Shown piece by piece: positions 1-6,244 of a DNA stretch of 56,144 nt. Made by a program: the position numbers and the translations under genes. The notes beneath the pieces were generated by a model. It did not search any database. It saw only the letters and a list, made by a program, of their open reading frames with translations, and had not been told where the DNA came from. The stretch's first letter is position 1. Each line of letters begins with the position of its first letter. The DNA is from a virus. Lineage: Duplodnaviria; Caudoviricetes. The stretch is taken from the IMG/VR virus record IMGVR_UViG_3300042197_002821, positions 1-56,144 of that record. One strand, given 5' to 3'.

Positions 1-51
1 ATCTGCTAACATCAGGTAGCAAGAGGATAGTAAACCGTGCTATCACTTAAT

Positions 52-126
52 GGTTCCATAGTATATCGGTTAGTATAGCGCCCTGTCACGGCGCAGGGAC
101 GGGTTCGACTCCCGTTGGGACCGCCA
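52..126 (+). tRNA. tRNA-Asp(GUC)
   Basis: Cloverleaf; anticodon arm gcgcc-ct-GTC-ac-ggcgc; GGTTCGA T-loop; encoded CCA. Confidence 0.95.
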
Positions 127-135
127 AAGTTTCTT

Positions 136-211
<76 letters not shown>

Positions 212-218
212 ATTTTAT

Positions 219-294
219 GCACCATTCGTCTAGAGGCCTAGGACACCACCCTTTCACGGTGGGTACACCGGTTCGAATCCGGTATGGTGTACCA
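219..294 (+). tRNA. tRNA-Glu(UUC)
   Basis: ccacc-ct-TTC-ac-ggtgg; canonical T arm; CCA. Confidence 0.95.
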
Positions 295-302
295 TTTTTA
301 TC

Positions 303-377
303 GCGGGTATAATTCAGGGGTAGAATGTTTCCTTGCCAAGGAAAATGCCGTCGGTTCGAATCCGACTACCCGCTCCA
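303..377 (+). tRNA. tRNA-Gly(GCC)
   Basis: tttcc-tt-GCC-aa-ggaaa; gcgggta/tacccgc; U73 then CCA. Confidence 0.95.
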
Positions 378-383
378 AGTTTT

Positions 384-478
384 GCTCCCATAGCTTAATG
401 GTAAAGCTCCCGGCTTATATCCGGGCGATGCCTCTAGATGAGGGGATGATCTAGGTTCGAATCCTAGTGGGAGTACCA
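384..478 (+). tRNA. tRNA-Ile(UAU) with long variable arm
   Basis: cccgg-ct-TAT-at-ccggg; ~25-nt variable region containing cctc/gagg hairpin; gctccca/tgggagt; CCA. Confidence 0.8.
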
Positions 479-482
479 ATAT

Positions 483-558
483 GTATCCTTAGTGTTTAAC
501 GGCAGCACGACAGTCTCCAAAACTGCTAGTGGGGGTTCGAATCCCTCAGGGTACGCCA
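483..558 (+). tRNA. tRNA-Trp(CCA)
   Basis: cagt-ct-CCA-aa-actg; gtatcct/agggtac; CCA. Confidence 0.9.
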
Positions 559-568
559 AACAATTCAT

Positions 569-646
569 GCAACGGTGGCGGAGTGGCCCAACGCAAGAGT
601 CTGCAAAACTCTAACCCCGTGAGTTCGAATCTCACCCGTTGCTCCA
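569..646 (+). tRNA. tRNA-Cys(GCA)
   Basis: agagt-ct-GCA-aa-actct; U73 discriminator; CCA. Confidence 0.95.
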
Positions 647-651
647 AACAT

Positions 652-739
652 GGAAGAGTGGTCGAGTGGTCTATGGCTCTAGTCTTGAAAACTAGCGGCT
701 CGCGAGGGTCCGTGGGTTCGAATCCCACCTCTTCCTCCA
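652..739 (+). tRNA. tRNA-Ser(UGA)
   Basis: ctagt-ct-TGA-aa-actag; long variable arm; ggaagag/ctcttcc; CCA. Confidence 0.93.
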
Positions 740-762
740 ATTTTATTTCTAGGAGATTTATC

Positions 763-810
763 ATGACTGATTCAGAAATTTGGAAGTTTATTAAAAACAA
801 CTATCAATAG
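763..810 (+). CDS. 15-aa mini-ORF MTDSEIWKFIKNNYQ (possibly a truncated gene)
   Basis: Strong AGGAG SD upstream of ATG; stop overlaps the next tRNA. Confidence 0.35.
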   Translation: MTDSEIWKFIKNNYQ

Positions 811-885
811 CCACATAGCTCAGTCGGTTAGAGCACCATGTTGATAACGCGGGGGTCGTTGGTTCGAATCCTAGTTCCCCTGCCA
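809..885 (+). pseudogene. Chimeric/degenerate tRNA-Ile(GAU)
   Basis: Normal D arm and GAT anticodon, but acceptor agccaca/ttcccct has 4 of 7 mismatches and T stem gttgg/cctag is broken. Confidence 0.7.
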
Positions 886-889
886 AAGA

Positions 890-974
890 GTTCCGATCAT
901 CGCAGTGAGTGCAGCCGGCCGCCTATAAGGTTAGGGATGATCGTGCCGTCGCGGGTAAGCGGTGCCTCGGGAAC
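890..974 (+). ncRNA. Candidate structured RNA between tRNAs
   Basis: GC-rich spacer; gttcc/ggaac closing stem; cgatcatc/gatgatcg stem; not a cloverleaf. Confidence 0.4.
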
Positions 975-976
975 AT

Positions 977-1051
977 CGGTCCGTAGCTCAGTGGAAGAGT
1001 TCTGGTCTTCGAAACCAGCAGTCGGGAGTTCGAATCTCTCCGGACCGGCCA
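977..1051 (+). tRNA. tRNA-Arg(UCG)
   Basis: ctggt-ct-TCG-aa-accag; cggtccg/cggaccg; CCA. Confidence 0.92.
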
Positions 1052-1070
1052 AACATAAAAGGAGAATCTT

Positions 1071-1274
1071 ATGAAACTCGTGATGTTTAGAAATCGTGTC
1101 AATGGCGAGCGATTCGTCTGCGAAGATGTTCGTGCCGTTGAAGTCATAGACGGTGTGGAATATCTCACGGTACATCGCCCCAATGAACAGAGATCGTTTA
1201 AGATGCGCAGAGATGCGCTGGAGAAAGATACCGCCGTGGTGAAAGGGATATCACGAAACTTTGCGAAGGTTTAG
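1071..1274 (+). CDS. Hypothetical protein, 67 aa; 3' end overlaps a tRNA
   Basis: AGGAG SD, ATG, globular-looking sequence. Confidence 0.75.
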   Translation: MKLVMFRNRVNGERFVCEDVRAVEVIDGVEYLTVHRPNEQRSFKMRRDALEKDTAVVKGISRNFAKV

Positions 1275-1304
1275 TTTTAGGTTCGAGTCCTAACGGGGGT
1301 GCCA
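1230..1304 (+). tRNA. tRNA-Arg(GCG)
   Basis: aaact-tt-GCG-aa-ggttt; T arm ttagg-ttcgagt-cctaa; accgccg/cgggggt with one G-G mismatch; CCA. Confidence 0.75.
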
Positions 1305-1310
1305 AACGAT

Positions 1311-1386
1311 GCAGGGGATAGTGTACCGGTGCGCACAACTGTCTGTGAAACAGTAAGATAGGGTTCAACTCCCGTCCACCTGCCCA
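1311..1386 (+). tRNA. tRNA-His(GUG), somewhat degenerate
   Basis: actgt-ct-GTG-aa-acagt; G-1:C73 arrangement; mismatches in acceptor and T stems. Confidence 0.7.
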
Positions 1387-1388
1387 AA

Positions 1389-1464
1389 CCTGCTTTTGTA
1401 GATATGGTTATTACGCCGGTCTGAAGAGCCGGAGAACTCCGATCGTAACGGAGAGGCGGGACCA
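1389..1464 (+). tRNA. tRNA-Phe(GAA) with non-canonical T loop
   Basis: ccggt-ct-GAA-ga-gccgg; T arm ctccg-ATCGTAA-cggag; cctgctt/aggcggg; CCA. Confidence 0.75.
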
Positions 1465-1470
1465 AATATT

Positions 1471-1542
1471 GCCCCTGCAGATGGAGCTGTGCCAGGCCTT
1501 CTAAGCCAGGTTATGAGGGTTCGAATCCTTCCGGGGGCGCCA
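1471..1542 (+). tRNA. tRNA-Arg(UCU) with reduced D arm
   Basis: ggc-ct-TCT-aa-gcc; D region only cag-atggag-ctg; gcccctg/cgggggc; CCA. Confidence 0.7.
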
Positions 1543-1550
1543 TATAATCG

Positions 1551-1579
1551 TTGACTGAATACGAGAACGAATATATAAT
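1551..1579 (+). promoter_or_regulatory. sigma70-type promoter
   Basis: TTGACT-17-TATAAT upstream of tRNA-Leu. Confidence 0.85.
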
Positions 1580-1595
1580 AGACAAAGTTAGTAAC

Positions 1596-1678
1596 GCCCC
1601 GGTGGTGGAATGGTAGACACGCTGGTCTTAGAAGCCAGTGCCAAAAGCGTGAGAGTTCGAGTCTCTCCTGGGGCACCA
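1596..1678 (+). tRNA. tRNA-Leu(UAG)
   Basis: ctggt-ct-TAG-aa-gccag; variable arm; A73; CCA. Confidence 0.95.
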
Positions 1679-1684
1679 AAATAT

Positions 1685-1777
1685 GGAGCATTGACCGAGA
1701 GGCTTAAGGTACTTTCCTGCTAAGAAAGAGTCTGGTGATAAACTGGACCGTTGGTTCGAATCCAACATGCTCCGCCA
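1685..1777 (+). tRNA. tRNA-Ser(GCU)
   Basis: ctttc-ct-GCT-aa-gaaag; long variable arm; G73; CCA. Confidence 0.95.
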
Positions 1778-1794
1778 ACAAGAAAGGAAAGACC

Positions 1795-1878
1795 ATGACT
1801 AGAAAAGTTGTTGACAATATTGGATTCTTTTGTTTGGGTATCGTGTCTTATCATTTAATTTTAAGTTTCGGAGTGTAG
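1795..1878 (+). CDS. 27-aa hydrophobic mini-ORF MTRKVVDNIGFFCLGIVSYHLILSFGV
   Basis: AAGGA SD before ATG; stop lies inside the 5' end of tRNA-Pro. Confidence 0.35.
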   Translation: MTRKVVDNIGFFCLGIVSYHLILSFGV

Positions 1879-1945
1879 GTCAGCCTGGTAGACCGCTGCG
1901 TTTGGGACGCAGATGTCGCGAGTTCAAATCTTGCCACTCCGACCA
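1869..1945 (+). tRNA. tRNA-Pro(UGG)
   Basis: ctgcg-tt-TGG-ga-cgcag; cggagtg/cactccg; CCA. Confidence 0.95.
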
Positions 1946-1953
1946 GTTTTATC

Positions 1954-2029
1954 GCGCGGTTAGCTCAGTTGGTAGAGCTTCTCGCTTACACCGAGGAGGT
2001 CGGCGGTTCGAGTCCGTCACCGCGCACCA
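1954..2029 (+). tRNA. tRNA-Val(UAC)
   Basis: tctcg-ct-TAC-ac-cgagg; CCA. Confidence 0.95.
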
Positions 2030-2052
2030 GATTAAATTATAAGTATTATCAA

Positions 2053-2126
2053 GCCCCATTAGCATGAAGGTCGTGCAGCCGCCTTGTAAGCGGCAGGTGA
2101 TAGTTCAATTCTGTCATGGGGCACCA
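2053..2126 (+). tRNA. tRNA-Thr(UGU)
   Basis: gccgc-ct-TGT-aa-gcggc; gccccat/atggggc; CCA. Confidence 0.92.
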
Positions 2127-2134
2127 AGTTTTAA

Positions 2135-2208
2135 GCGGCGGTCGTATAATGGTAATACCCTAGCCTTCCAAGCTAGAGCCGCGGGTTCGATTCCCGCTCG
2201 CCGCTCCA
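2135..2208 (+). tRNA. tRNA-Gly(UCC)
   Basis: ctagc-ct-TCC-aa-gctag; U73; CCA. Confidence 0.95.
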
Positions 2209-2215
2209 AAGATAT

Positions 2216-2291
2216 CCGCCCTTAGCTCAGGGGACAGAGCAACAGCCTTCTAAGCTGTGGGTCGCACGTTCGATTCGTGCAGGGCGGGCCA
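2216..2291 (+). tRNA. tRNA-Arg(UCU)
   Basis: acagc-ct-TCT-aa-gctgt; ccgccct/agggcgg; CCA. Confidence 0.95.
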
Positions 2292-2306
2292 GTTTTATCA
2301 AAATGA

Positions 2307-2335
2307 TTTACAATCCGAGTTTTATATCTTATAAT
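2307..2335 (+). promoter_or_regulatory. sigma70-type promoter
   Basis: TTTACA-17-TATAAT upstream of rpoZ. Confidence 0.75.
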
Positions 2336-2356
2336 AAACGAAATAGGAAAACATCA

Positions 2357-2560
2357 ATGGCGAGAATTACTTCAGAAAAAGCTGTAGAGATCATGGGCAA
2401 TAAATTCGAGTTGATCCTAGTGGCAGCGGCCAGAGCCAGAGAACTAGCTCGAGGAAGTAGACCTCTAGTAGAATCCACCAATGGTACGGTAGTCACGGCT
2501 CTCAGAGAAATCGAAGCAGGAAAGATAGACAAGAAAGAATACCTAAGGAAAAGAAAATGA
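2357..2560 (+). CDS. rpoZ: RNA polymerase omega subunit
   Basis: MARIT...[17 protein letters not shown]...[11 protein letters not shown] omega signature; AGGA SD before ATG 2357. Confidence 0.92.
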   Translation: MARITSEKAVEIMGNKFELILVAAARARELARGSRPLVESTNGTVVTALREIEAGKIDKKEYLRKRK

Positions 2561-3120
2561 AAATCAGCCTCAGAAAAGCCAACGCCATCCAGACATCGAT
2601 CAACGATGCGGTCCGTGCCCTAAGCTTCGAGACCACCGTGCGGATCAACGAATTCGAAAATCCCGAGCAGAAAATCTCAGAGGCACGAGCGGAATTCAAT
2701 CGCAATTTGGATAGAAAGATCGATCTGGATCTAGTATTGTACAGCATCCGCAAATCAGTGGGCGCTGCCAATCACACATCAGGCATCGACGGTCGTCTAG
2801 CCGATGTGGCCAGGATCGAAAAACAGATCCAACTGCTGACTGGGTTTTCCAAAGACCGAGTCAGAGAGTCTGCGTCAGTGATCTCAGGTAAACTGGAAAA
2901 GATCAAAGCTCGCAAAGAAGATTCTTTCTACGGGCGCGAAGCAGAAATCGCTACATCGATCTTTGACCGAGCGGATGTTACCAGATTCAAAGAGTCATTG
3001 GCTGCCCTGCGCAAAGAAAAACAGCGCATCCAGGACGAGATCCTTGAGCTCAATGTCCGCACTGAGATCACCCTCAGCGATGACGAAGTGGCCATACTCA
3101 AGGTAGACGGCATCGTTTGA
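2557..3120 (+). CDS. Coiled-coil protein resembling the DIP1984 family
   Basis: Helical 187 aa; [11 protein letters not shown] and C-terminal [17 protein letters not shown] pattern, compared from memory with DIP1984 proteins. Confidence 0.6.
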   Translation: MKISLRKANAIQTSINDAVRALSFETTVRINEFENPEQKISEARAEFNRNLDRKIDLDLVLYSIRKSVGAANHTSGIDGRLADVARIEKQIQLLTGFSKDRVRESASVISGKLEKIKARKEDSFYGREAEIATSIFDRADVTRFKESLAALRKEKQRIQDEILELNVRTEITLSDDEVAILKVDGIV

Positions 3121-3125
3121 TTTCG

Positions 3126-3199
3126 TGCGGGATATTGAAATGGCATCATGGAGGTCTCATAAGCCTCCGTTCCTGGTTCGACTCCGGGTCCCGCTACCA
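3126..3199 (+). tRNA. tRNA(CAU), Met or Ile2; 1:72 mismatch
   Basis: gaggt-ct-CAT-aa-gcctc; tgcggga/tcccgct; CCA; lacks the three G-C anticodon-stem pairs of fMet. Confidence 0.85.
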
Positions 3200-3233
3200 G
3201 TTTTGCCAGTTTCGTAAAACTGGCCGGTGACAT

Positions 3234-3467
3234 GGGGGGTAGATGAGGATAGACACACCGTGTTTGGCCAAAAAGCCAAAGACACCTTTGACGACTGCGA
3301 CTGAAAATCGCGACGTGCTTGTGTGCGCCGATTCATACCTAACATAGATTGTCATTTGCTGATCGGAAATAGGCAGGCCTCTGTGGATTGTAGATTGAGG
3401 TTTGTTTGGGGAGTTTCTCGATGAGAGCTCCTGCTTGCATGTTGTCCGGTCTATTACTTGACCCTCC
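3234..3467 (+). ncRNA. Candidate ~235-nt structured RNA
   Basis: Ends pair (ggggggt/accctcc; gatagac/gtctatt); several internal hairpins; no credible ORF. Confidence 0.6.
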
Positions 3468-3486
3468 TTGGATCCGTTCATAACCG

Positions 3487-3515
3487 TTGACAACTCCTTA
3501 AAAAGATCATATACT
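3487..3515 (+). promoter_or_regulatory. sigma70-type promoter
   Basis: TTGACA-17-TATACT. Confidence 0.85.
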
Positions 3516-3521
3516 CAGTGT

Positions 3522-3624
3522 GTGACCGTAAGCAAACGGGGAAAGCTCTACGTCGTTAATCAGCGATGTCAGGAAGGGACTAGGCCATTGGCCGTCTTTG
3601 GGGGTTCGAGGCCCTCCGGTCACA
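3522..3624 (+). ncRNA. tRNA-like RNA without a canonical anticodon loop
   Basis: gtgaccg/cggtcac acceptor, D-like arm, ggggg-ttcgagg-ccctc T arm, extended middle arms, no CCA. Confidence 0.65.
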
Positions 3625-3628
3625 GTAG

Positions 3629-3703
3629 CTCTCCGTAGTTCAATGGATAGAACAAGACACTCCTAAGGTTTAGATCCTGGTTCGATTCCGGGCGGAGAGG
3701 CCA
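3629..3703 (+). tRNA. tRNA-Arg(CCU)
   Basis: ct-CCT-aa loop; ctctccg/cggagag; CCA. Confidence 0.88.
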
Positions 3704-3735
3704 CCCAATTTTATTTTTCGAGAAAGGAGGCGAAT

Positions 3736-4344
3736 ATGCCCTCAGTTTGGCTAGTATCAGACACGCACTTTGGTCACGCTGGTGTATGTCGCTTCACTAG
3801 GAATGACGGCGTGACCAAACTTCGTCCCTGGACTGATCCAGATGAAATGGACGAAGCCATGATCGCTGCTTGGAACGATCGTGTACGCCCGAACGACAAA
3901 GTCTATCACCTAGGCGATGTCGTGATTAACAGGAAAGCTATGAAGACATTGGGCCGCCTTAACGGCGACAAGGTGCTTATCCGTGGCAATCACGATATCT
4001 TTCGTGACGACGAATATCGCCAATACTTCCGTGAACTCCGTGCCTACCATGTGATGAATGGCATGATCTTGAGCCATATTCCCGTCCACGAAGCCAGCTT
4101 GGGTCGATTTGGGGTTAACATCCACGGACATCTGCATGCCAATCGTGTATTAAAGGCTCGTGGTATCGATGCCCGGACAGGAGAAACTCTGTACAGCGAT
4201 GAAGTCGACCCTCGTTATCACTGCGTCTGTGTGGAACAAACTCCGGACTTCGCGCCCATACTGTTCGAAAATGTCATAAAGAGGATCCAAGCCGAAGGTG
4301 GGCAAGTTGGATTCCGGAATGGCAATGGACCGGTTGTTGACTAA
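3736..4344 (+). CDS. Calcineurin-like metallophosphoesterase
   Basis: SDTHFGH, LGD, GNHD, SHIP, HGHLH motifs. Confidence 0.9.
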   Translation: MPSVWLVSDTHFGHAGVCRFTRNDGVTKLRPWTDPDEMDEAMIAAWNDRVRPNDKVYHLGDVVINRKAMKTLGRLNGDKVLIRGNHDIFRDDEYRQYFRELRAYHVMNGMILSHIPVHEASLGRFGVNIHGHLHANRVLKARGIDARTGETLYSDEVDPRYHCVCVEQTPDFAPILFENVIKRIQAEGGQVGFRNGNGPVVD

Positions 4345-4394
4345 TTAAATAGGTAGTATAATACACTTATGCTACCTATTTCAAAGGAGAAAAA

Positions 4395-4535
4395 ATGGCC
4401 GCAGCTTCAGGAAATAAAAAAACCCATACCACTGTTTTTAAAAGGACCAGCCAAGGTGGCCGGCGTCCTAAAACCAGCACGATGAACAAGAATCAATCAC
4501 GGAGTTTTAAATCTTATAGAGGACAGGGGCGATAA
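4395..4535 (+). CDS. 46-aa basic peptide ending KSYRGQGR (absent from ORF track)
   Basis: AAGGAG SD; MAAASGNKKTHTTVFKRTSQGGRRPKTSTMNKNQSRSFKSYRGQGR; stop overlaps next ATG. Confidence 0.75.
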   Translation: MAAASGNKKTHTTVFKRTSQGGRRPKTSTMNKNQSRSFKSYRGQGR

Positions 4536-5071
4536 TGGCCATGCATTTGATGGTAGATCTAGAGACTCTAGATACCAAAGTTTCAGCCACCGTACTGACC
4601 CTAGGTGCCGTGAAGTTCGATCCATTCAGCGACAGTGACATGAAAGAACTATATCTCAGGGTGGACATCGACAGCCAAGACAGTCTAGGTTGCACGGTTT
4701 CTGAAGATACCATCAAATGGTGGAAGAACCAAAACACTGATATCATGGAAGAAGCATTCAACCCCAGAGATCGCATACCAGTCCAAGAAGCCATGAACCA
4801 GTTCCATAGTTTCGCTTGGAACTGCGATCAGTTTTGGAGCCATGGATCTAGCTTCGACCTAATGATACTACAAAACATCTACGACCGACTAGGACGGACC
4901 TATCCTTGGAATTTCTGGCAGCTCAGAGATACCCGAACTCTATTTGATCTCGCAGAGCCAGAGATGCCGCAGGACAGCAAGCATAACGCCCTGGAAGACG
5001 CACGGAGACAAGCTGTGGGTGTGAGAAATTGCTTCCGTAAACTAAACTACAAAGGAAAAAAATGGAACTAG
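4535..5071 (+). CDS. DEDDh 3'-5' exonuclease (DexA/Rv2179c-like)
   Basis: MVDLETL, FD, RDTRT, HNALEDA motifs. Confidence 0.88.
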   Translation: MAMHLMVDLETLDTKVSATVLTLGAVKFDPFSDSDMKELYLRVDIDSQDSLGCTVSEDTIKWWKNQNTDIMEEAFNPRDRIPVQEAMNQFHSFAWNCDQFWSHGSSFDLMILQNIYDRLGRTYPWNFWQLRDTRTLFDLAEPEMPQDSKHNALEDARRQAVGVRNCFRKLNYKGKKWN

Positions 5072-5280
5072 AGGATCTCTATCAATCGTATTGGCAAATC
5101 CACAACGAAAAAATACTGGAAGCATCTCCTCTGGAACTTGCCGCTGTACTGGTGTCTCAGGGGTTAACTATCTATAAGACAGTGCTAGACGCGGAGGAAT
5201 ACGACAACATCGTAGACAACATCAGCGACATGCGCGATCGTATTAAAAAAATCAGCGTAGAAGGCGGTACGTTCCAATGA
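5062..5280 (+). CDS. Hypothetical protein
   Basis: SD; overlaps both neighbours in an operon. Confidence 0.75.
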   Translation: MELEDLYQSYWQIHNEKILEASPLELAAVLVSQGLTIYKTVLDAEEYDNIVDNISDMRDRIKKISVEGGTFQ

Positions 5281-5603
5281 AACCAGCACAGGGAATAATG
5301 AAAACCGGAGACTATAGCGACGCTAAATCTTTCCGCGTAGCCTGTGAATGTACCGATCCCAGGCACGATGTTAATGCTTGGATAGAGATAGACAGTGATC
5401 GAGAAGTCAGTGAGATAACTCTGGGATTTTACGTAGAAACCCAAACACCATTTTGGAAAGAAGGATTTAATCGTTTTAAGGCCGCATGGGATCTATTGGT
5501 CAAAGGCAGCCATAGCAGTGAGCATCATCTAGTGTTAAATCGCAGTTCGGCAGAAAACTTCGCACAGGCAATAACCGACTCTATAAAGGAAATCGAACAA
5601 TGA
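5277..5603 (+). CDS. Hypothetical protein
   Basis: ATGA coupling; CxC...H motif. Confidence 0.75.
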   Translation: MKPAQGIMKTGDYSDAKSFRVACECTDPRHDVNAWIEIDSDREVSEITLGFYVETQTPFWKEGFNRFKAAWDLLVKGSHSSEHHLVLNRSSAENFAQAITDSIKEIEQ

Positions 5604-6244
5604 CAACGTCCCAAGAAAAAGCAGAACTCTTAGAAGCTATTAAAGCAGAAAAACATCGCTACGAGATACATCTCACCGGCTATGGCGGGGAGATCGTCTT
5701 GGGTCGTATCACCAAAGAACAGTACGAATTCTGGAAGGACCGAGAAGACCTCGACGAGTTCACTGGTGACTGGGACAACGAAATGGAGATCCCCGAAGAG
5801 ATGAAAATGTTTTCCAGCGGTAACTGGTACGAGTGCGATGATCTCGCACACGAAAACGGCTGTGAATTTTCTAACGCCTGCTGGGTCACTGTTTATGACG
5901 AAGACAACAACGAAGTTTTTACCTGCCCATTAGATTACAACGAATTAGAAAATCGCGGAGTTTTCGTAGAAGGTATAGCCAATGACGAATACCGAGTGCA
6001 ATGGGATTCTGATGCCAAGCATTATTTCTTTGGACAGAACTTCGAAAAAGGCACGTTCCAGACCTACGAAGTAGAAGACTACAAATTCGATCCTGCCAAG
6101 CTCAACTTCCGAGTCAACGATATCGAAGGTTGGACCTTGGTCACTGGCGTCAGCTACATGAGCCAAGAACTAGACGATACCGGGGGGTACTCTACTACCG
6201 GTAAGAGCTGTGAATACCGAGTTTATGCTGTGGACGATGAATAA
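5600..6244 (+). CDS. Acidic hypothetical protein
   Basis: 214-aa ORF, ATGA coupling. Confidence 0.8.
   Translation: MTTSQEKAELLEAIKAEKHRYEIHLTGYGGEIVLGRITKEQYEFWKDREDLDEFTGDWDNEMEIPEEMKMFSSGNWYECDDLAHENGCEFSNACWVTVYDEDNNEVFTCPLDYNELENRGVFVEGIANDEYRVQWDSDAKHYFFGQNFEKGTFQTYEVEDYKFDPAKLNFRVNDIEGWTLVTGVSYMSQELDDTGGYSTTGKSCEYRVYAVDDE

Noticed and set aside
1-50. Two small hairpins at the window start
   Set aside because: Truncated by the window edge and too short to interpret
890-974. Specific assignment as theta/HDV-like, pistol or twister ribozyme
   Set aside because: The required pairings and catalytic motifs could not be fitted by eye, so it is kept only as an unassigned RNA
652-1678. TGA and TAG anticodons as possible suppressor tRNAs or a sign of recoding
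   Set aside because: Anticodons UGA and UAG read Ser and Leu codons. No CUA or UCA anticodon was seen, and genes end normally at TAG and TGA
529-2042. ORF-track entries overlapping tRNA genes (529..810, 546..800, 838..1074, 897..1175, 923..1183, 1277..1465, 1365..1691, 1830..2042)
   Set aside because: They are read-throughs of tRNA sequence or its antisense, with no SD and no protein-like motifs
3234-3467. tmRNA, RNase P or 6S RNA identity
   Set aside because: No tRNA-like GGGG..TCCACCA ends or tag ORF, no GAGGAAAGUCC P4 motif, and it is multi-branched rather than a single rod
3157-3493. Minus-strand ORFs 3157..3345 and 3194..3493
   Set aside because: Antisense to a tRNA and a structured region, with no SD or recognisable motif
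4369-4485. Possible sixth leaderless ORF (ATG 6 nt after TATAAT)
   Set aside because: No well-spaced -35 box, and it overlaps the better supported SD-led peptide in another frame
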